Origin: a virus
Taxonomy: Duplodnaviria > Caudoviricetes
IMG/VR virus record: IMGVR_UViG_3300017774_005035
Span: 1-26,717 of that record
Length of the DNA: 26,717 nucleotides
Reading direction: 5' to 3' (one strand)
Numbering within the stretch: position 1 is the first letter of the stretch; each line of letters starts with the position of its first letter. Shown piece by piece: positions 24,767 through 26,717 of this stretch. A program made the position numbers and the translations under genes. The notes under the pieces are model-generated. The model had not been told where the DNA came from. It made no database searches and saw nothing but the letters and a program-made list of their open reading frames with translations.

Positions 24767-25179
24767 TAGTAAAAATAAAAAGACAGCCAAATACTAAAAA
24801 TACACCAGGCCATCTTGCTGTTTACAATAATGATTGGACAGAGGTTTGGAATTGTAAATCATTAGAATTACCTTGGAATAATAACAAAAAACAAAAGTCT
24901 TGTATACCAACAGGTACTTATACTGTAGTAAAAAGAAATTCAGTAAAATTTAGTAATCATTTTCATGTTACTAATGTTCCTAATAGAGATTATATACTAA
25001 TACATACGGGTAATTATGCAAGTATTGATAATGATACTGATGTAATTGGTTGTATATTAGTAGGTACTGCTCACAAAGATATTAATGCAGATGGTTATGT
25101 TGATATAATTAATAGTAAAAAGTGTATGAAAAAATTACTATCTTTGTGTCCTACTGGTTTCAAATTAATTATAGAATAA
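24763..25179 (+). CDS. DUF5675-family protein (L,D-transpeptidase-like His/Cys motif), putative endolysin
   Basis: CKSLELPW.NN....SCIPTGTY, VPNR.YILIH.GN, GCILVG. Confidence 0.8.
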   Translation: MIVKIKRQPNTKNTPGHLAVYNNDWTEVWNCKSLELPWNNNKKQKSCIPTGTYTVVKRNSVKFSNHFHVTNVPNRDYILIHTGNYASIDNDTDVIGCILVGTAHKDINADGYVDIINSKKCMKKLLSLCPTGFKLIIE

Positions 25180-25182
25180 CTT

Positions 25183-25608
25183 ATGAACAAATTTTTAAAA
25201 GATAATCTACCTTGGTTACTATTGACATTAATATTTGTCATTTTAATAATTGTAAATGTTCCTAAAAAAAATAAAAACACAAAAATAAATCCAACAGAAA
25301 AAAGACTTATTGAATTAAATGACAGTTTAGAAAAAAAAATTGCACATGATGGCACTATTATCCAATTTCAAAAAGACTATATCCAAAGAATTAAAGACAC
25401 TGTGTTTGTTTATAACAACAAAACTAATACTATAATCAAAAATCATAATGAAAACATTAAAGATATTAATTACATTAGTACTAATGGGGAGCTTATTAAA
25501 AGGGTCAATAGCGCAATACACACCCTCGACAGTATTGATAAAAGTACAGGATTCTTTATACGTAGGGATACCAATAGAACAATGGTTTCTTATCCCAAAA
25601 GTAACTGA
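25183..25608 (+). CDS. Inner-membrane spanin-like protein
   Basis: Single N-terminal TM (LPWLLLTLIFVILIIV), predicted periplasmic coiled coil, follows the lysin candidate. Confidence 0.5.
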   Translation: MNKFLKDNLPWLLLTLIFVILIIVNVPKKNKNTKINPTEKRLIELNDSLEKKIAHDGTIIQFQKDYIQRIKDTVFVYNNKTNTIIKNHNENIKDINYISTNGELIKRVNSAIHTLDSIDKSTGFFIRRDTNRTMVSYPKSN

Positions 25609-25909
25609 GGCTTTTAAATCTTATGAGGCCCTTTATATAAATGAGTACGAACTTAATAAATATAAAGACCAAATGATTATTGCTTATAGTGATATATTAG
25701 GAGTGCAAGCAGGTTCTATTGAAGATTTAAGAACTTTAGCAGCTAATAAAAGGGCAATAGAAGCAGCTAAAATACAAGACCTTCAAAACACTATAGATGA
25801 AGGAAATAAAGCCCTTAAAAAGGCTAATAGAAAGAAAGTAAAGGGTACTGTAATAGGTACTTTGATTGGAATAGGAGCTGGTTTTGTAACAGCTTCTTTT
25901 ATTAAATAA
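25448..25909 (+). CDS. Overlapping second spanin-like protein (signal peptide, coiled coil, C-terminal TM)
   Basis: MKTLKILITLVLMGSLLKGSIAQ signal-like start, C-terminal GTVIGTLIGIGAGFVTASFI; overlaps previous gene by 161 nt in the +1 frame. Confidence 0.5.
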   Translation: MKTLKILITLVLMGSLLKGSIAQYTPSTVLIKVQDSLYVGIPIEQWFLIPKVTEAFKSYEALYINEYELNKYKDQMIIAYSDILGVQAGSIEDLRTLAANKRAIEAAKIQDLQNTIDEGNKALKKANRKKVKGTVIGTLIGIGAGFVTASFIK

Positions 25910-25930
25910 ATTAATTTTATAACTAACAAC

Positions 25931-26122
25931 ATGAGTGAAGAAACTATTGTTTTAAAAATGACTAAAGACCAATTAACTAAACTTGAAACTTATTTAGTTG
26001 AATTGCCTTTTAAAATTAGTAATCCTATTATTAATTTTTTAAATGTATGTAAAGTAAAAGAAGACGTAATTGCTAATACTGAGGAAGATAACACAGTGCC
26101 TGTAAGCACAGAACAAGAATAA
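25931..26122 (+). CDS. Small hypothetical protein, 63 aa
   Basis: Intact ORF; YLVELPFKISNPII helix pattern and acidic tail. Confidence 0.7.
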   Translation: MSEETIVLKMTKDQLTKLETYLVELPFKISNPIINFLNVCKVKEDVIANTEEDNTVPVSTEQE

Positions 26123-26125
26123 TAA

Positions 26126-26716
26126 ATGATTATTGCACCTAAATTAAAATTTTGTATAAAAGGTAAATGTGACAAAATTACATTAACCGATAATACAGGT
26201 TTGTATAATAATACTACTAATCTTAATGCTTGGAGTAATAACCAAGTATTAGGAAATATACCAGTATCTTTAATAATTAGCGCTAAAGTAGCTTTTAGTG
26301 ATATTAACGGAGTACAAAAAGCTTTATACATACTTAAAAACACTTCAGGTGTAAATTTATATCCTGCTCAAGCTACAAATTCTTTTGATTTTCCAGAACA
26401 GTCTTATAATTTAGAAGATGGTATATATGATATAATTTATGCTGTTGGTGTTCTAAATCCTGATGTTGCTGTTGACTATAAAGATAGGGTTTTAGTAACT
26501 TGTAAAGCAGAAGCTTGTATATCAGGATTGTGGATTAAATATAACAACAGTGGTTCAAAAGAAGACCAGGAAACTGCTTTATTAGCTGAAAGTTTATTAA
26601 AGGGAGTAAAAGCTTCTTTTGTTTGTAATAAATTTACTAATGTATCTAAAATAAATGAAACTTTGGCAAAAGTGTGTGCTTTGGCAAATGGAGACTGCGG
26701 TTGCGGCTGTAGTTAA
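26126..26716 (+). CDS. Cys-rich crAss-type virion protein (possibly tail hub/collar)
   Basis: 196 aa, Ig-like N-terminal half (LEDGIYDIIY), helical C-terminal half ending DCGCGCS; function inferred from synteny. Confidence 0.5.
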   Translation: MIIAPKLKFCIKGKCDKITLTDNTGLYNNTTNLNAWSNNQVLGNIPVSLIISAKVAFSDINGVQKALYILKNTSGVNLYPAQATNSFDFPEQSYNLEDGIYDIIYAVGVLNPDVAVDYKDRVLVTCKAEACISGLWIKYNNSGSKEDQETALLAESLLKGVKASFVCNKFTNVSKINETLAKVCALANGDCGCGCS

Positions 26717-26717
26717 A

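Noticed and set aside
1236-26343. Many antisense or nested ORFs in the track (e.g. 1236, 4901, 5579, 8073, 9467, 9877, 10878, 11508, 14205, 14279, 14551, 15040, 15649, 16472, 16811, 17601, 19716, 23101, 24532, 25095, 25327, 25990)
   Set aside because: They overlap well-supported genes or signals, have F/L/S/I-rich antisense composition and lack leaders or promoters

Overview
AT-rich (roughly 30% GC by eye) segment of a crAss-like phage (Crassvirales-type) genome with a probable Bacteroidota host, in the standard genetic code. Bases 1-2850 hold small leftward, early-type genes separated by long, strongly base-paired non-coding spacers. Bases 2850-3700 are a divergent control region with G-runs, direct repeats and phased palindromes. 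Rightward follow a RepL-like wHTH gene and a DUF559/Vsr-like nuclease, two leftward genes (one an HEXXH protein), a DEDD exonuclease, a tiny HTH protein and an adjacent Tad2-like plus Acb2/Tad1-like anti-defence pair. The crAss-type packaging and head module comes next (HU/IHF-like, putative TerS, TerL, portal, scaffold-like, major capsid, ring protein, auxiliary capsid-like). It is followed by a tail fibre and a lysis cassette (two holin-like genes, a DUF5675 enzyme, a non-canonical spanin-like pair). Eight Bacteroidota-type TAnnTTTG(TA) promoter boxes are visible. The most unusual signal is a 12-nt box (AACCAACAAACA) just upstream of 6-7 start codons. Its exact reverse complement is displayed in the loop of the terminator hairpin at 20489-20536, and most box variants keep pairing through G-U wobble. 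Protein family calls come from motif recognition and synteny by eye; no database searches were run.
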